From Sinorhizobium meliloti (GTDB lineage Bacteria; Pseudomonadota; Alphaproteobacteria; Rhizobiales; Rhizobiaceae), in assembly GCF_017876815.1 (NCBI RefSeq), contig NZ_JAGIOS010000001.1:360001-392000 (forward strand): 32,000 nucleotides of DNA. The letters are read 5' to 3'. This document shows positions 7,972 through 16,837 of this stretch, piece by piece; positions within the stretch are counted from its first letter, which is position 1, and the number at the start of each line of letters is the position of its first letter. The notes below the pieces were generated by a model. It saw only the letters and a list, made by a program, of their open reading frames with translations. It ran no database searches and was not told where the DNA came from. A program made the translations under genes and the position numbers.

Positions 7972-8334
7972 TCAGGCGTCGCCGCCGTCCTCTTTATCCG
8001 TGCCCGACCCGCCTTTCCGCTGGTCGGTTGTCGCCACCAAACCGGCGGAACGCAGCACGTTCAAGACACCGGCACAGAAGCCGAGAAGCAGGAGGACGAT
8101 CATGCCCCACGGCCCTGTACCCGCAAAGTGGTCCAAAAGATAGCCCAGAAACGCCCCGACCAGGATGCCGGCGATGAATTCGCTCGAAAGCTTCATCGCC
8201 GCCGCGTATCCCTTGCGGCTTTCATCAGCGCGCCCATCCGCCCCTTCCGAAACATCCGCCCGCTTCTTGGACTTGATGTCGTCGCCGAGGCGCTTGAGCC
8301 GCGCTTCCAGACTTTCTTCCGGCTTCTCCGTCAC
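7972..8334 (-). CDS. atpI: ATP synthase protein I (AtpI/AtpZ-like)
   Basis: Two C-terminal TM helices (FIAGILVGAFLGYLL, GMIVLLLLGFCAGVL), located upstream of atpB. GTG 8334 has a GGGGAG SD. The track ATG 8418 would lie only ~9 nt from the predicted TSS and has no SD. The start is uncertain; the maximal ORF is 7972..8418. Confidence 0.75.
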   Translation of the reverse strand: MTEKPEESLEARLKRLGDDIKSKKRADVSEGADGRADESRKGYAAAMKLSSEFIAGILVGAFLGYLLDHFAGTGPWGMIVLLLLGFCAGVLNVLRSAGLVATTDQRKGGSGTDKEDGGDA

Positions 8335-8433
8335 ATGGCTCCCCTTTGCAGCCCCACGCGGTCGAACGCGATCTCGGTCATACAAACGGCCGCTGTTCAA
8401 GCCACGCTTCGGCCCCATTTGAAGTCGCGCGCA

Positions 8434-8462
8434 ACATAGTTTTAGGCACCCGCATAGTCAAG
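8434..8462 (-). promoter_or_regulatory. Sigma-70 type promoter of the F0 operon
   Basis: The minus strand reads CTTGAC (8462-8457), N17, CTATGT (8439-8434). This is a near-perfect match to the rhizobial housekeeping consensus CTTGAC-N17-CTATAT. Confidence 0.6.
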
Positions 8463-8557
8463 GCATGCAGGCACCTTCTACGTGGACAATATTCTTGTTT
8501 CAATTCAGTGGTTTAGCGATAAATCCGGTAAGCTGCGACAAAGGTGCAGAGGGAATC

Positions 8558-8597
8558 GCCGCCGGAGCCGCGGGGTCACGCCCGCGGCTCCGGCGGC
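8558..8597 (-). terminator. 17-bp perfect GC hairpin downstream of the hydrolase gene (probable terminator/insulator ahead of the atp promoter)
   Basis: GCCGCCGGAGCCGCGGG (8558-8574), loop gtcacg, CCCGCGGCTCCGGCGGC (8581-8597). It lies 29 nt after the stop at 8626. There is no canonical U-tract. Confidence 0.45.
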
Positions 8598-8625
8598 TGA
8601 CAGGGGCGCGCAGGCAGCTTCGCCG

Positions 8626-9801
8626 TCAGCTCCAGCCGCCGCCATAGGTCCTGTAGAAGATGTGCAGGCCGATCTTGCCGACACGCTTCATCGTCTTTGC
8701 CCAGGCGGGATTCACATAGGTGGCGTGATAATGGGTCGCCGAGCCGACTTCGGGGAGCCAGATTCTGCCGGCGGTCACCGCGAGCGCGACTTCCTTGGCC
8801 GTCTTCCAGTGCGATCGCGAATAGATCAGGTCGCGGATCATGTCGCAGGCGAAGGAGAACTGGCAGCGGTTGCGCCAGGCCTTGTTCTGGTAGACGACGC
8901 CGCAGATCGTTTTCGGGTAGGTCGGGTTGCGGACGCGATTGAGAATGACCTGCGCCACCGCGGCCTGACCCTTGACGGATTCGCTGCGGGCCTCGAAATA
9001 GATCCCCTCGGCCAGACAGGTCTGCTCTTCCTTGCTGAAGACGGTTGGCGGCAGCGGCGTTGCCGCCCAGGCATGATCGTCGGGCGCGATATCCGGGATG
9101 AAGCGCCCTGCATTTTCGTCGTTCCGCAGGATCGAATCGAAGGGTGATTCACGCGCATAGTCCGGCTCGGGCCGGACATAGGCAGTCGCAAGAATGTCGG
9201 GCTTGTCGTTGGTGACGAGCTTGGCAAGCATCGGCGAGAGGCCCGGTTCGGGCTTCGGCGGCGTCTTGCGGTAGAAGGCCGTGGCGATCTCGATCTCCTT
9301 GCCTTTGATCTTCGGCTTGGCAAAGACCATCTTTTCGGGGCCGTCGAGGGCCGGGCCGATAAGCGAGCTCGTGCGCTGAAGGATGGAGCCGGCGCTGAAG
9401 TCCTTGGGCGGGGTCACCGGCGTTACCGCGACGATTCGCCCCTTCTTCAGCTTCCGCGTCACGCGATCCTCGTCCGGCGTCCCCTGGTGCTTCGATTCGG
9501 CGGTCAGCGCCACGCGGCCGCCATCTGGCAGGGTCATGCCGGCGCCGCCATCGAGCGCACCGGTGGTGATCGGGTCCGTGAAGACCATCTCGACTTCGTG
9601 GAGGGAGCCGGCCGGCGACGGAGTGAGATAGGTGCGCCACCGCTCGCCGCCGCGGTTGATGCCGGACAGAAACGTCGCGATGTCCGAATAGGCGACCGCC
9701 GAGGGAAAGCCGAGGAAGACGGCAAGGCCTAGGATCGCCGGACCGCGCCAGGCCGAGAACGAAAACCGAAACTTGTCACGCAACTTCCAACTCTTACGCA
9801 C
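8626..9801 (-). CDS. Cell wall hydrolase, SleB/Hydrolase_2 domain, membrane-anchored
   Basis: C-terminal SleB-type domain: EGIYFEARSESVKGQAAVAQVILNRVRNPTYPKTICGVVYQ...CQFSFACD...ATHYHATYV. The N-terminus has a basic stretch and a TM helix (AILGLAVFLGF). The track start at 9852 is TTG. GTG 9801 has a GGAG SD 7 nt upstream and gives a typical signal-anchor. The start is uncertain. Confidence 0.8.
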   Translation of the reverse strand: MRKSWKLRDKFRFSFSAWRGPAILGLAVFLGFPSAVAYSDIATFLSGINRGGERWRTYLTPSPAGSLHEVEMVFTDPITTGALDGGAGMTLPDGGRVALTAESKHQGTPDEDRVTRKLKKGRIVAVTPVTPPKDFSAGSILQRTSSLIGPALDGPEKMVFAKPKIKGKEIEIATAFYRKTPPKPEPGLSPMLAKLVTNDKPDILATAYVRPEPDYARESPFDSILRNDENAGRFIPDIAPDDHAWAATPLPPTVFSKEEQTCLAEGIYFEARSESVKGQAAVAQVILNRVRNPTYPKTICGVVYQNKAWRNRCQFSFACDMIRDLIYSRSHWKTAKEVALAVTAGRIWLPEVGSATHYHATYVNPAWAKTMKRVGKIGLHIFYRTYGGGWS

Positions 9802-9937
9802 CGGTCGGCTCCAGAAACTCTTTCTCAGGCACGCGTTCTCGCAAGCCGGCAATAGGCCAGCGGCAAGATTCCATGCAGGACGCTAAGGTTGGTCGGCCGG
9901 CTCGCCGGGACCGTTTCTCTTGAGCCTTGAAAATGCG

Positions 9938-9964
9938 GCATTAACCTTGATGTTTGGTTAATGC
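9938..9964. promoter_or_regulatory. Perfect 9-bp inverted repeat upstream of the hydrolase gene (candidate operator)
   Basis: GCATTAACC-ttgatgttt-GGTTAATGC. Each arm contains TTAACC, which resembles the CtrA half-site TTAACCAT. It is flanked by direct ATGCGG repeats. Confidence 0.35.
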
Positions 9965-10011
9965 GGACGCGCCGAGACCGGCAATTCGCCTGGCATTGCC
10001 AAAGCACTTCC

Positions 10012-10056
10012 AGGAAAAGTGTGTAGCGGTTTTCCGTGCGGAAGTGCGCAGTTTGA
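10012..10056 (-). repeat. Nested palindromic intergenic repeat, copy D (inverted orientation)
   Basis: GGAAAAGTGTGTAGCGGTTTTCCGTGCGGAAGTGCGC is the reverse complement of the GCGG..GGAAAACCGC.ACACACTTTTCC core. It lies 18 nt downstream of the kup stop. Confidence 0.75.
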
Positions 10057-10073
10057 GGGACAGCGTCTTCGGA

Positions 10074-11975
10074 TCAGATGATCACATGAGAGCCGAGTTC
10101 GACCACCCGGTTCGTCGGCAGGCGGAAATAGTCGGAGGGATCGATCGCAGCATTGGCGAGTGCGATGAACAGGCGGTCCTGCCAATGCGGCATGCCGGAC
10201 TGGGCGTCGGGCACGAGTTTGCGCCGGCCGAGATAGAATGAGGTCGACATGATGTCGAACTTCAGGCCCGACTTCCTGAAGAGGCCCAGCGCCTGAGAGA
10301 CATTCTGCGTCTCCATGAAGCCGAACTTCATTTCCAGCAGAGTGAAACGCTCCGACAACCGCCGCACGCTGACCCGCTCTTCCTTCGGCACCTTCGGCGT
10401 GTTTGCCGTCCGGATCGTCAGGATGAAGTTCTGCTGATGCAGAACGTGGTTGTGTTTGATGTTGTGCAGCAGGGCGGCAGGAGTCGATTCCGGATCGCTG
10501 GTCAGGAATATCGCCGTGCCGGTCACCGACACCGGCGCGTGCTCGCTCTGGCGCTCGACCGATTTGATGAAGCTTGCCAGCGGAATGTCGATATGGCGGG
10601 TCTTGGCGTGCAGGATTGCTGTGCCGCGCTTCCAGGTCCACATGATGACGATGAAGGTCGCCGCGATCAGGATCGGCACGTAGCCGCCATCGTGGATCTT
10701 CAGCATGTTGGCGCCCAGGAAGACGAATTCCAGCACGAACAGCGGCAGCAGCGCACCGGCCGCCCACCAGGTCGGCCAATTCCACCGCATACGCAGGAAT
10801 TCGAAGGAAAGCACCGTGGTGACCACCATCGCACCGGTGACGGAAATGCCGTAGGCGGTCGCGAGCGCCTCCGAGGAGCCGAAGAGGAAGACGAGCGCCA
10901 TGACGCCGAACATCAAAAGCGTGTTGACGTTCGGCAGGTAAATCTGGCCCGTATGGGTTTCGGACGTATGGAAAATCGCCATGCGCGGCAGGAAGCCAAG
11001 GTGAATGGCCTGGCGCGTCAGCGAAAACGCGCCGGTTATGACCGCCTGACTGGCGATGATGGTGGCTGCGGTCGCAAGAATGACGGCAGGCAGCAGCGCC
11101 CATTTCGGAAACATCAGGAAGAAGGGATCGGACATCGCCTCCGGGTTCTTCAGCACGAAGGCGCCCTGCCCCAGATAGTTCAGCGTGAGCGCCGGGAAGA
11201 CGACGGTGAACCAGGCCCATTGGATCGGCCGCCGGCCGAAATGGCCGAGATCGGCGTAAAGCGCCTCGGCACCCGTGACCGTCAGGAAGACGGCGCCGAG
11301 TACGACGATGCCGACATAGCCTTCGTTGAACAGAAAGCTGGCGGCATAATACGGGTTGAAGGCTCTGAAAATCGACAGATCGTCGGCAATATGAACGAAG
11401 CCGATCGTGCCCATGACGACGAACCAGATGAGCGTAATCGGCCCGAAGAAGTTGGAAACCGCCGCGGTACCCTTCGACTGGACGGTGAAGAGGAGCAGGA
11501 GGATCACGACGGCGATCGGAACGACGTAGTCCGAAAGGGCCGGGGTAACCAACTTCAAACCCTCGACGGCCGAGAGCACCGACAGTGCCGGTGTGATCAT
11601 CGCGTCGCCGATGAAGAGCGCGGCGCCGGCGATCCCCATGAAGAACAGGATCGCCGTGTGACCATTGGCGGTCTTCATGAGCAGTGCCAGCAGGGAGAGC
11701 GTGCCGCCCTCGCCCTGATTGTCCGCCCGCAGCAGGAATAGCACGTATTTTATCGTGACGATGATCGTCAGCGCCCAGATCATCAGCGAGATCAAACCGA
11801 TGATCTCGACGTCCGTCACGCCGTCGTGCGAGACGGGGCGCAAGGCTTCGCGGAAGGCATAGAGCGGGCTGGTGCCGATATCCCCATACACGACGCCGAC
11901 GGAGCCGAGCGCCAGAACCAGCAGGCGGCGGGCATTTTCCACGCCAGGTGTAGCGGGAGCAGACAATTGAGACAT
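10074..11975 (-). CDS. kup: KUP/HAK/KT potassium transporter
   Basis: About 633 aa with the hallmark N-terminus [21 protein letters not shown], 12 TM-type segments and a cytoplasmic C-terminal domain. The track start 11984 is TTG. ATG 11975 is preferred, but the start is uncertain. It begins 16-25 nt after the corA stop, so it is probably co-transcribed. Confidence 0.92.
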   Translation of the reverse strand: MSQLSAPATPGVENARRLLVLALGSVGVVYGDIGTSPLYAFREALRPVSHDGVTDVEIIGLISLMIWALTIIVTIKYVLFLLRADNQGEGGTLSLLALLMKTANGHTAILFFMGIAGAALFIGDAMITPALSVLSAVEGLKLVTPALSDYVVPIAVVILLLLFTVQSKGTAAVSNFFGPITLIWFVVMGTIGFVHIADDLSIFRAFNPYYAASFLFNEGYVGIVVLGAVFLTVTGAEALYADLGHFGRRPIQWAWFTVVFPALTLNYLGQGAFVLKNPEAMSDPFFLMFPKWALLPAVILATAATIIASQAVITGAFSLTRQAIHLGFLPRMAIFHTSETHTGQIYLPNVNTLLMFGVMALVFLFGSSEALATAYGISVTGAMVVTTVLSFEFLRMRWNWPTWWAAGALLPLFVLEFVFLGANMLKIHDGGYVPILIAATFIVIMWTWKRGTAILHAKTRHIDIPLASFIKSVERQSEHAPVSVTGTAIFLTSDPESTPAALLHNIKHNHVLHQQNFILTIRTANTPKVPKEERVSVRRLSERFTLLEMKFGFMETQNVSQALGLFRKSGLKFDIMSTSFYLGRRKLVPDAQSGMPHWQDRLFIALANAAIDPSDYFRLPTNRVVELGSHVII

Positions 11976-11991
11976 GTTGCCCAACAGGCCC

Positions 11992-12972
11992 TTAGAGCCA
12001 GCCTTTCCAGCGGAAGAAGAAAAAGGGGATCACGGCCGAAAGCACCATGGCTGCAAGCGCCCACGGATAGCCGAACTGCCATTCAAGCTCAGGCATGATG
12101 CGAAAGTTCATGCCGTAGACGGAAGCGACCAGGGTCGGCGGCAACAGAACGACCGAAGCGATCGAGAAGATCTTGATGATGGCATTCTGCTCGACATTGA
12201 TGAGGCCGAGCGAGGCATCGAGCAGGAAGGTGATATTTCCCGAGATGAAAGCCGTATGTTCCGAAAGCGACTGGATGTCCCGCGATACCGTACGGCAAAG
12301 TTCACGGGTTTCCTTGTCCGCCTGCACGTCGGGAACCGTGTAGACGAAGGTCAGCAGCCTCGAGAGCGAAGCGAGGCTGTCGCGCGTTTTCGCAACAAGC
12401 CGGTGATGGCCCGCGACGTCGCGCAGGCGTGCTTCGAGAAAGTGCGGTGGCCGGTGCCGCCGGCCGGACGTCTTGTCGCCGAAGACCTGGAGCGCCAGAT
12501 CGTCGATCCTGTCGACAGCCTGCTCGAGAATTTCCGCCGTCCTGTCCACAATCGTCTCGAGCAGCCGCGTCAGAATCACTGCGCCGTTGCGGCAGCCGCC
12601 GGGAATGCGATGCATACCCGCCTTGAACAGGCCGAAGGCCCTCGGCTCGGCGTAGCGGACGGTGACGAGACACTTGCCCGCCAGAATGAAGCCGACATCG
12701 GTCAGCCCCGGCATTTCCGTGTCGCTTCGATAGACGAGCGAGGCGGTCATGAAGACGGCACCGTCGTCGGTATAAAGCCTGCTGGAAGGTTCGATGTCCC
12801 TCAGATCGTCCCGCGTCGGAATGGGAATTCCGAGCAGACCCTCGATCATCAGGTCTTCCGCCTTGGTCGGCTCGACAAGGTCTATCCAGACGAGATCGGG
12901 ACGCAGGGCCGACGGCGGCTCGGCCGTGGAGAGAGCGACCGTTTCACCGTTGACACAATAGCCTGTGATCAT
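11992..12972 (-). CDS. corA: CorA-family magnesium/cobalt transporter
   Basis: 326 aa with the YGMNF (GMN) signature before the last TM helix and a typical cytoplasmic N-domain. Starts at ATG 12972. Confidence 0.92.
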   Translation of the reverse strand: MITGYCVNGETVALSTAEPPSALRPDLVWIDLVEPTKAEDLMIEGLLGIPIPTRDDLRDIEPSSRLYTDDGAVFMTASLVYRSDTEMPGLTDVGFILAGKCLVTVRYAEPRAFGLFKAGMHRIPGGCRNGAVILTRLLETIVDRTAEILEQAVDRIDDLALQVFGDKTSGRRHRPPHFLEARLRDVAGHHRLVAKTRDSLASLSRLLTFVYTVPDVQADKETRELCRTVSRDIQSLSEHTAFISGNITFLLDASLGLINVEQNAIIKIFSIASVVLLPPTLVASVYGMNFRIMPELEWQFGYPWALAAMVLSAVIPFFFFRWKGWL

Positions 12973-13266
12973 GTGGCCGCCTTTTTCATGCAGCCGACGA
13001 CGATGAACCGTGATGATTTCGTAGGATCAGCCGCCACACGATTTTCCACGATGCAGATTCATCCGATGAAGGCTTTCAGCCGTTCGACGCCGCTTGACGG
13101 CAGACGGGTGACCAAAGTCTCCGGCGATGGCAGTGGCTAGCTTTGCCTTGCCTATGCGAGCCAAGGGATATGACGCAACCCCGGCGCAAAATCAATGGCC
13201 TTCGGGGATCCGGCGCTTCCCTGTCGGATGTCTCAGTCGCGCCGCGCAGGTGACTGCGCCAAAGCG

Positions 13267-14421
13267 CTATTCGAAGACGATGCTCGGCATCGCACGGCTT
13301 TTGTCCTGCCGGGCAGCGGTGACCTCTCCCCAGACCCGCGCCGCGATGTCGCGATAGACGCGCGCGACCTCGCCATCGGGTTCGGACGCGACGAGAGGGG
13401 TTCCCGCGTCGGAGGTCTCGCGGATACCCATGGTCAGGGGCACCTCGCCGAGGAACGGTACGCCGATGCGCTCGGCTTCCTTGCGCGCGCCGCCATGACC
13501 GAAGATGTCGTAGCGCCTGCCCGTATCGGGCGCCACGAAATAACTCATGTTTTCGACGATCCCGAGCACCGGAACCTCGACCTTGCGGAACATGGCGAGA
13601 CCCTTGCGGGCATCGACGAGCGCGAGGTCCTGTGGCGTCGACACGATGACGGCGCCTGCGAGCGGCACCTGCTGTGCCATCGTCAGCTGTGCGTCACCGG
13701 TACCCGGCGGCATGTCCACCACGAGGACGTCGAGCTCGCCCCAGGCCACCTCGCGCAACATCTGCAGGAGCGCCGACTGGATCATCGGGCCGCGCCAGAT
13801 CATCGCGACCTCCTCATCCACCAGGAAGCCCATCGACATGACTTTCAGGCCGTAGTTTTCCATCGGACGGATAAGCCGCCCCTCGATCTGTTGCGGACGG
13901 CCGGAGATCTTCAAAAGCCGCGGCATCGAAGGGCCGTAGATATCGGCATCGAGGAGCCCGACCTTAAGCCCGTTTGCCTGAAGCGCCAGCGCCAGATTGA
14001 CGGAGGTGGTCGACTTGCCGACGCCGCCTTTACCGGAGGCGACGGCGATAATGGCGCCGACGCCGGGGATGCCCGCCTTTGGTGCTCCACCGCCGCCCGC
14101 TCGCTGCGCCGGCGCATGGCCCGTCGGGGCCGGCCGCGGCCGCTCCACCGGGGCCTTCTGGGGAGCGGCCTTGCGGTCGGCAGTCAATGCCACCATGGCG
14201 GCGTTCACGCCGGGAATCTCGCGCACGACCCGTTCGGCGGCCGCCCGCATCGGCTCGAGCTCCTTCGCCCGGTCCGCCGGCACGGTGATCGAGAAGTAGG
14301 CCTTGCCGTCGGAAATGAACACATCGGATACGAGTCCGAGATCGACGATGTTTCCTTCCATGTCCGGCCCGCGGACGGTCCGCAGCTTCTCTAGAACCAT
14401 TTCCCGGGTGACGTCCGGCAT
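13267..14421 (-). CDS. apbC: Mrp/NBP35-family Fe-S cluster carrier ATPase (ApbC)
   Basis: N-terminal DUF59-like domain, deviant Walker A SGKGGVGKST and the Mrp signature. Start moved to ATG 14421, with an AAGAGG SD 6 nt upstream. Confidence 0.9.
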   Translation of the reverse strand: MPDVTREMVLEKLRTVRGPDMEGNIVDLGLVSDVFISDGKAYFSITVPADRAKELEPMRAAAERVVREIPGVNAAMVALTADRKAAPQKAPVERPRPAPTGHAPAQRAGGGGAPKAGIPGVGAIIAVASGKGGVGKSTTSVNLALALQANGLKVGLLDADIYGPSMPRLLKISGRPQQIEGRLIRPMENYGLKVMSMGFLVDEEVAMIWRGPMIQSALLQMLREVAWGELDVLVVDMPPGTGDAQLTMAQQVPLAGAVIVSTPQDLALVDARKGLAMFRKVEVPVLGIVENMSYFVAPDTGRRYDIFGHGGARKEAERIGVPFLGEVPLTMGIRETSDAGTPLVASEPDGEVARVYRDIAARVWGEVTAARQDKSRAMPSIVFE

Positions 14422-14821
14422 GTCGGCCTCTTGCTCTTTCGTTGGCGCGCAACGTTTTGACTGCTGCAATCGCTGGCCCAAATCGCACCCGATCTAGGGC
14501 GTTATGTATTAGATAGTCGAGCCGGGGCGCTTCGCCAATGCGACAGGTGGGAAAATGAGGGCCGCCAACCGATCTCCGTGTCCGTACATCCGGGATCACA
14601 GGCGATCGGCGGCGGCCCTTGTCGCGACCTTCTTGGGCGCTGTCTTATTGTGGTCCCCTCTGGACACGGAACTGAATATGCACAATGCGTGCCAGTTGGA
14701 ACCTTCCGGAAAAAACCAGATTTTCCAAGGAGTTGCCCTTCGACTGCGGAGGATGCGCAAGAGACTGCGCTGCTCAATTCCTGAGCATGCGCGCTATTTG
14801 GGCACAATATGCTCGCAATAG

Positions 14822-14868
14822 GTTAGAGCGGATGCGGGCGGAAAACCGCACGCACTTTTCCTCAGATG
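14822..14868 (+). repeat. Nested palindromic intergenic repeat, copy B
   Basis: GTTAGAGCGGATGCGGGCGGAAAACCGCACGCACTTTTCC, 15 nt downstream (on the minus strand) of the LuxR-1 stop at 14883. Confidence 0.75.
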
Positions 14869-14882
14869 AATATCAACAGGTC

Positions 14883-15638
14883 TTAGCTGATATAGCCCTT
14901 TTTCATCGCCTTCACGACCGCCTGTGTGCGGTTCACCGCGTCGAGCTTCTTGGTGACATGGTTGAGGTAATGATTGACCGTGTGCTCCGACAGGCCGAGG
15001 ATACCGGCGATTTCCGAGCTGGTCTTGCCGGCGGCCGTCCAGCTCAGACACTGGATTTCCCGTTCGGAAAGAACCGTGTTGGTGTTCTTCCAGACCGAGC
15101 CGATCTCGGCGAGCCGGTTATAGACGTGGATCGCGATCATCTGCAGTTCCATCGCCGCCGTCATCGGCAATTCCGCTTCCGGGCCCATGAGGATGACCGC
15201 GCCGCGGCCACCTTCGGCATCGTGGACCGGGAAGTAATTGGCTTGGAATATGCCGTTCTCGCGCAACATGGCGATGTAATCCGCGGCAGAGTCGGGCTTG
15301 CCTCCCTCCCTCTCCCAGTCTTCAAGCATGACCTGAAACGGGGTCGTCGTCTCTCTCAACCGGCGCACCCCGGTGCTGAAACGCAGCATCGAAAGGCTGT
15401 CATATTTGTTGAGGAGCTCGGCCGGCATATTCGAGATGACCGTGGTCGCGGAGAGCCGCTCTACCTCGACTGCAGGGATCGAACAGATGAGAAAAGTCTT
15501 GAAGCCGAAAATCTGCGTGATCCGCCGCATGTAGCGGATGATGTCGAACTGGGTCTCGAGCCTTGCTATCTCAGACGCGAAATCGCCGCCCCGGGGCAGA
15601 TCGATATCAGTCGTCCCCATCGTGATCATCTCTTGCAT
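14883..15638 (-). CDS. LuxR-family transcriptional regulator (solo), paralogue 1
   Basis: C-terminal GerE/LuxR HTH: LSEREIQCLSWTAAGKTSSEIAGILGLSEHTVNHYLNHVTKKL. The N-terminal ~170 aa form an autoinducer-binding-like domain. Start is ambiguous among ATG 15638, 15629 and 15620, chosen by alignment with paralogue 2. The track GTG 15719 is probably too long. Confidence 0.8.
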   Translation of the reverse strand: MQEMITMGTTDIDLPRGGDFASEIARLETQFDIIRYMRRITQIFGFKTFLICSIPAVEVERLSATTVISNMPAELLNKYDSLSMLRFSTGVRRLRETTTPFQVMLEDWEREGGKPDSAADYIAMLRENGIFQANYFPVHDAEGGRGAVILMGPEAELPMTAAMELQMIAIHVYNRLAEIGSVWKNTNTVLSEREIQCLSWTAAGKTSSEIAGILGLSEHTVNHYLNHVTKKLDAVNRTQAVVKAMKKGYIS

Positions 15639-15869
15639 TAGCGCGGTTCCATCGCATTCATCGACTATCAAATAGCCCGAGCGGCCGCGCAATGCCAACA
15701 GGTGATTGACGATCATCACTTCTGATGCGCAAAACCCTGTGCATTTCGCCCGTGTCGATGAAAGCCGACCCCGCCCTCAACCGACGGCCGTGTTCGGGTT
15801 CGGTGCCTCCATTTCCCGTGCTTGTCACGAGATGAGGGAGAAAAGAGCTCTAGGTCCGGCCGGCGTCGA

Positions 15870-16610
15870 TCAATTGATCAACCCTGCACGTATCGCCTTG
15901 GCGACGGTTTGGACGCGATTGACCGAATCCAGCTTGCGCGTCGCACGGTTGAGATAGTGGTTCACCGTATATTCCGACAGTGCCATGATGCGGGCCATCT
16001 CCACCGTCGTCTTGCCAGCCGCGGCCCAGCGCAAACACTCGATCTCGCGCCGGGAAAGGCTGCCCGGGCCGCGTCGGTCGCGCGTTCTGACTTCGCTCAG
16101 CCGGCTGTATAGAAGGCCGGCCCAGAGGTTCAGAGCCTGCATCTCGTCGTCGGATACGGCAGACCTGTCACCGCCGAAGGCGATGGCGGCGCGGTGACCC
16201 GCGGCATCATGGACCGGCAGATACACCCCGCGCGGCATGTTCGCCTGTTCGAAGACGCATATGGCAGCTTCGCCCTTGCCGTCCACCCGCCCGCGCGCCA
16301 GCAGATGAGCATCATAGGTGAAGGGAATGGTGCTGCGCCGCAGCCGCTGGATCACCGGACTGCCGTCGATCAGGCGTGCACTGTCGTAGCGCCTGAGGAA
16401 ATCCATCGGCCAGGTCGTCATGAGCGCCTGCGCAGTGAGGCTGTGGGACCCCGACTCGGGAATGGCGAGGACCATGAAGCCGCGAAAACCGAAACCTTCC
16501 GACACTCGGCCGAGCGCGCGCCGGACATCATCCTCGCTGTCGATCGCCCCGCTGATTGCGTGACCGTCAGGGAGGACCAATGAGGATATATCCACGCTGA
16601 AATCGATCAT
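15870..16610 (-). CDS. LuxR-family transcriptional regulator (solo), paralogue 2
   Basis: LSRREIECLRWAAAGKTTVEMARIMALSEYTVNHYLNRATRKL HTH. Colinear with paralogue 1 (FGF..F, YFPVHDA/YLPVHDA). ATG 16610 follows a purine-rich GAGGCGGGCGGAAG. Confidence 0.82.
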   Translation of the reverse strand: MIDFSVDISSLVLPDGHAISGAIDSEDDVRRALGRVSEGFGFRGFMVLAIPESGSHSLTAQALMTTWPMDFLRRYDSARLIDGSPVIQRLRRSTIPFTYDAHLLARGRVDGKGEAAICVFEQANMPRGVYLPVHDAAGHRAAIAFGGDRSAVSDDEMQALNLWAGLLYSRLSEVRTRDRRGPGSLSRREIECLRWAAAGKTTVEMARIMALSEYTVNHYLNRATRKLDSVNRVQTVAKAIRAGLIN

Positions 16611-16837
16611 CTTCCGCCCGCCTCTCACATCCGCGCTCCAGCTGGAGCATGACGCTCGCGCTGTCATACCCACGCCATGGCTTCCACCAGAATCCCGCCC
16701 GATGCAACCAGCCGTGGCAGCAGACCGGCATTGAAGCTACTTATCTTGAGCCTTTTCGTCCAGTCGAAACTTCTAATTTACCGTAAAGCGGTCCCGTTGC
16801 ACGTTTCCGTGGAAAACATGCTGTAATCCTTAAACCG

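Noticed and set aside
7972-8418. 148-aa version of AtpI starting at ATG 8418
   Set aside because: This start would lie ~9 nt from the TSS predicted by the CTTGAC-N17-CTATGT promoter and has no SD. GTG 8334, which has a GGGGAG SD, is preferred. The long form is not excluded.
13195-14394. Long ORFs antisense to strong genes (e.g. 13195..14394 +, 9958..11220 -, 10437..11741 +, 11974..13140 +, 7111..7908 +, 16830..18284 -, 17785..18627 -, 18303..19295 -, 20140..20973 -, 21082..22851 -, 24642..25565 +, 27230..28303 +, 27775..29670 +, 29824..30699 -, 30842..31837 -)
   Set aside because: All of them overlap genes that have clear family signatures on the other strand. Their translations are low-complexity and Arg/Gly/Pro/Asp/His-rich, as expected for shadow frames in high-GC DNA.
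14555-14821. 88-aa plus-strand ORF with one hydrophobic segment in the apbC-luxR spacer
   Set aside because: There is no convincing SD, and codon bias decays in the second half. Its 3' end reaches the edge of repeat copy B. It is kept only as part of the spacer finding, not as a gene.
15868-15879. 12-bp perfect palindrome GATCAATTGATC as a lux-box-like operator
   Set aside because: It overlaps the stop codon of LuxR paralogue 2, is much shorter than 18-20 bp lux boxes, and has no resemblance to them. It is probably coincidental.
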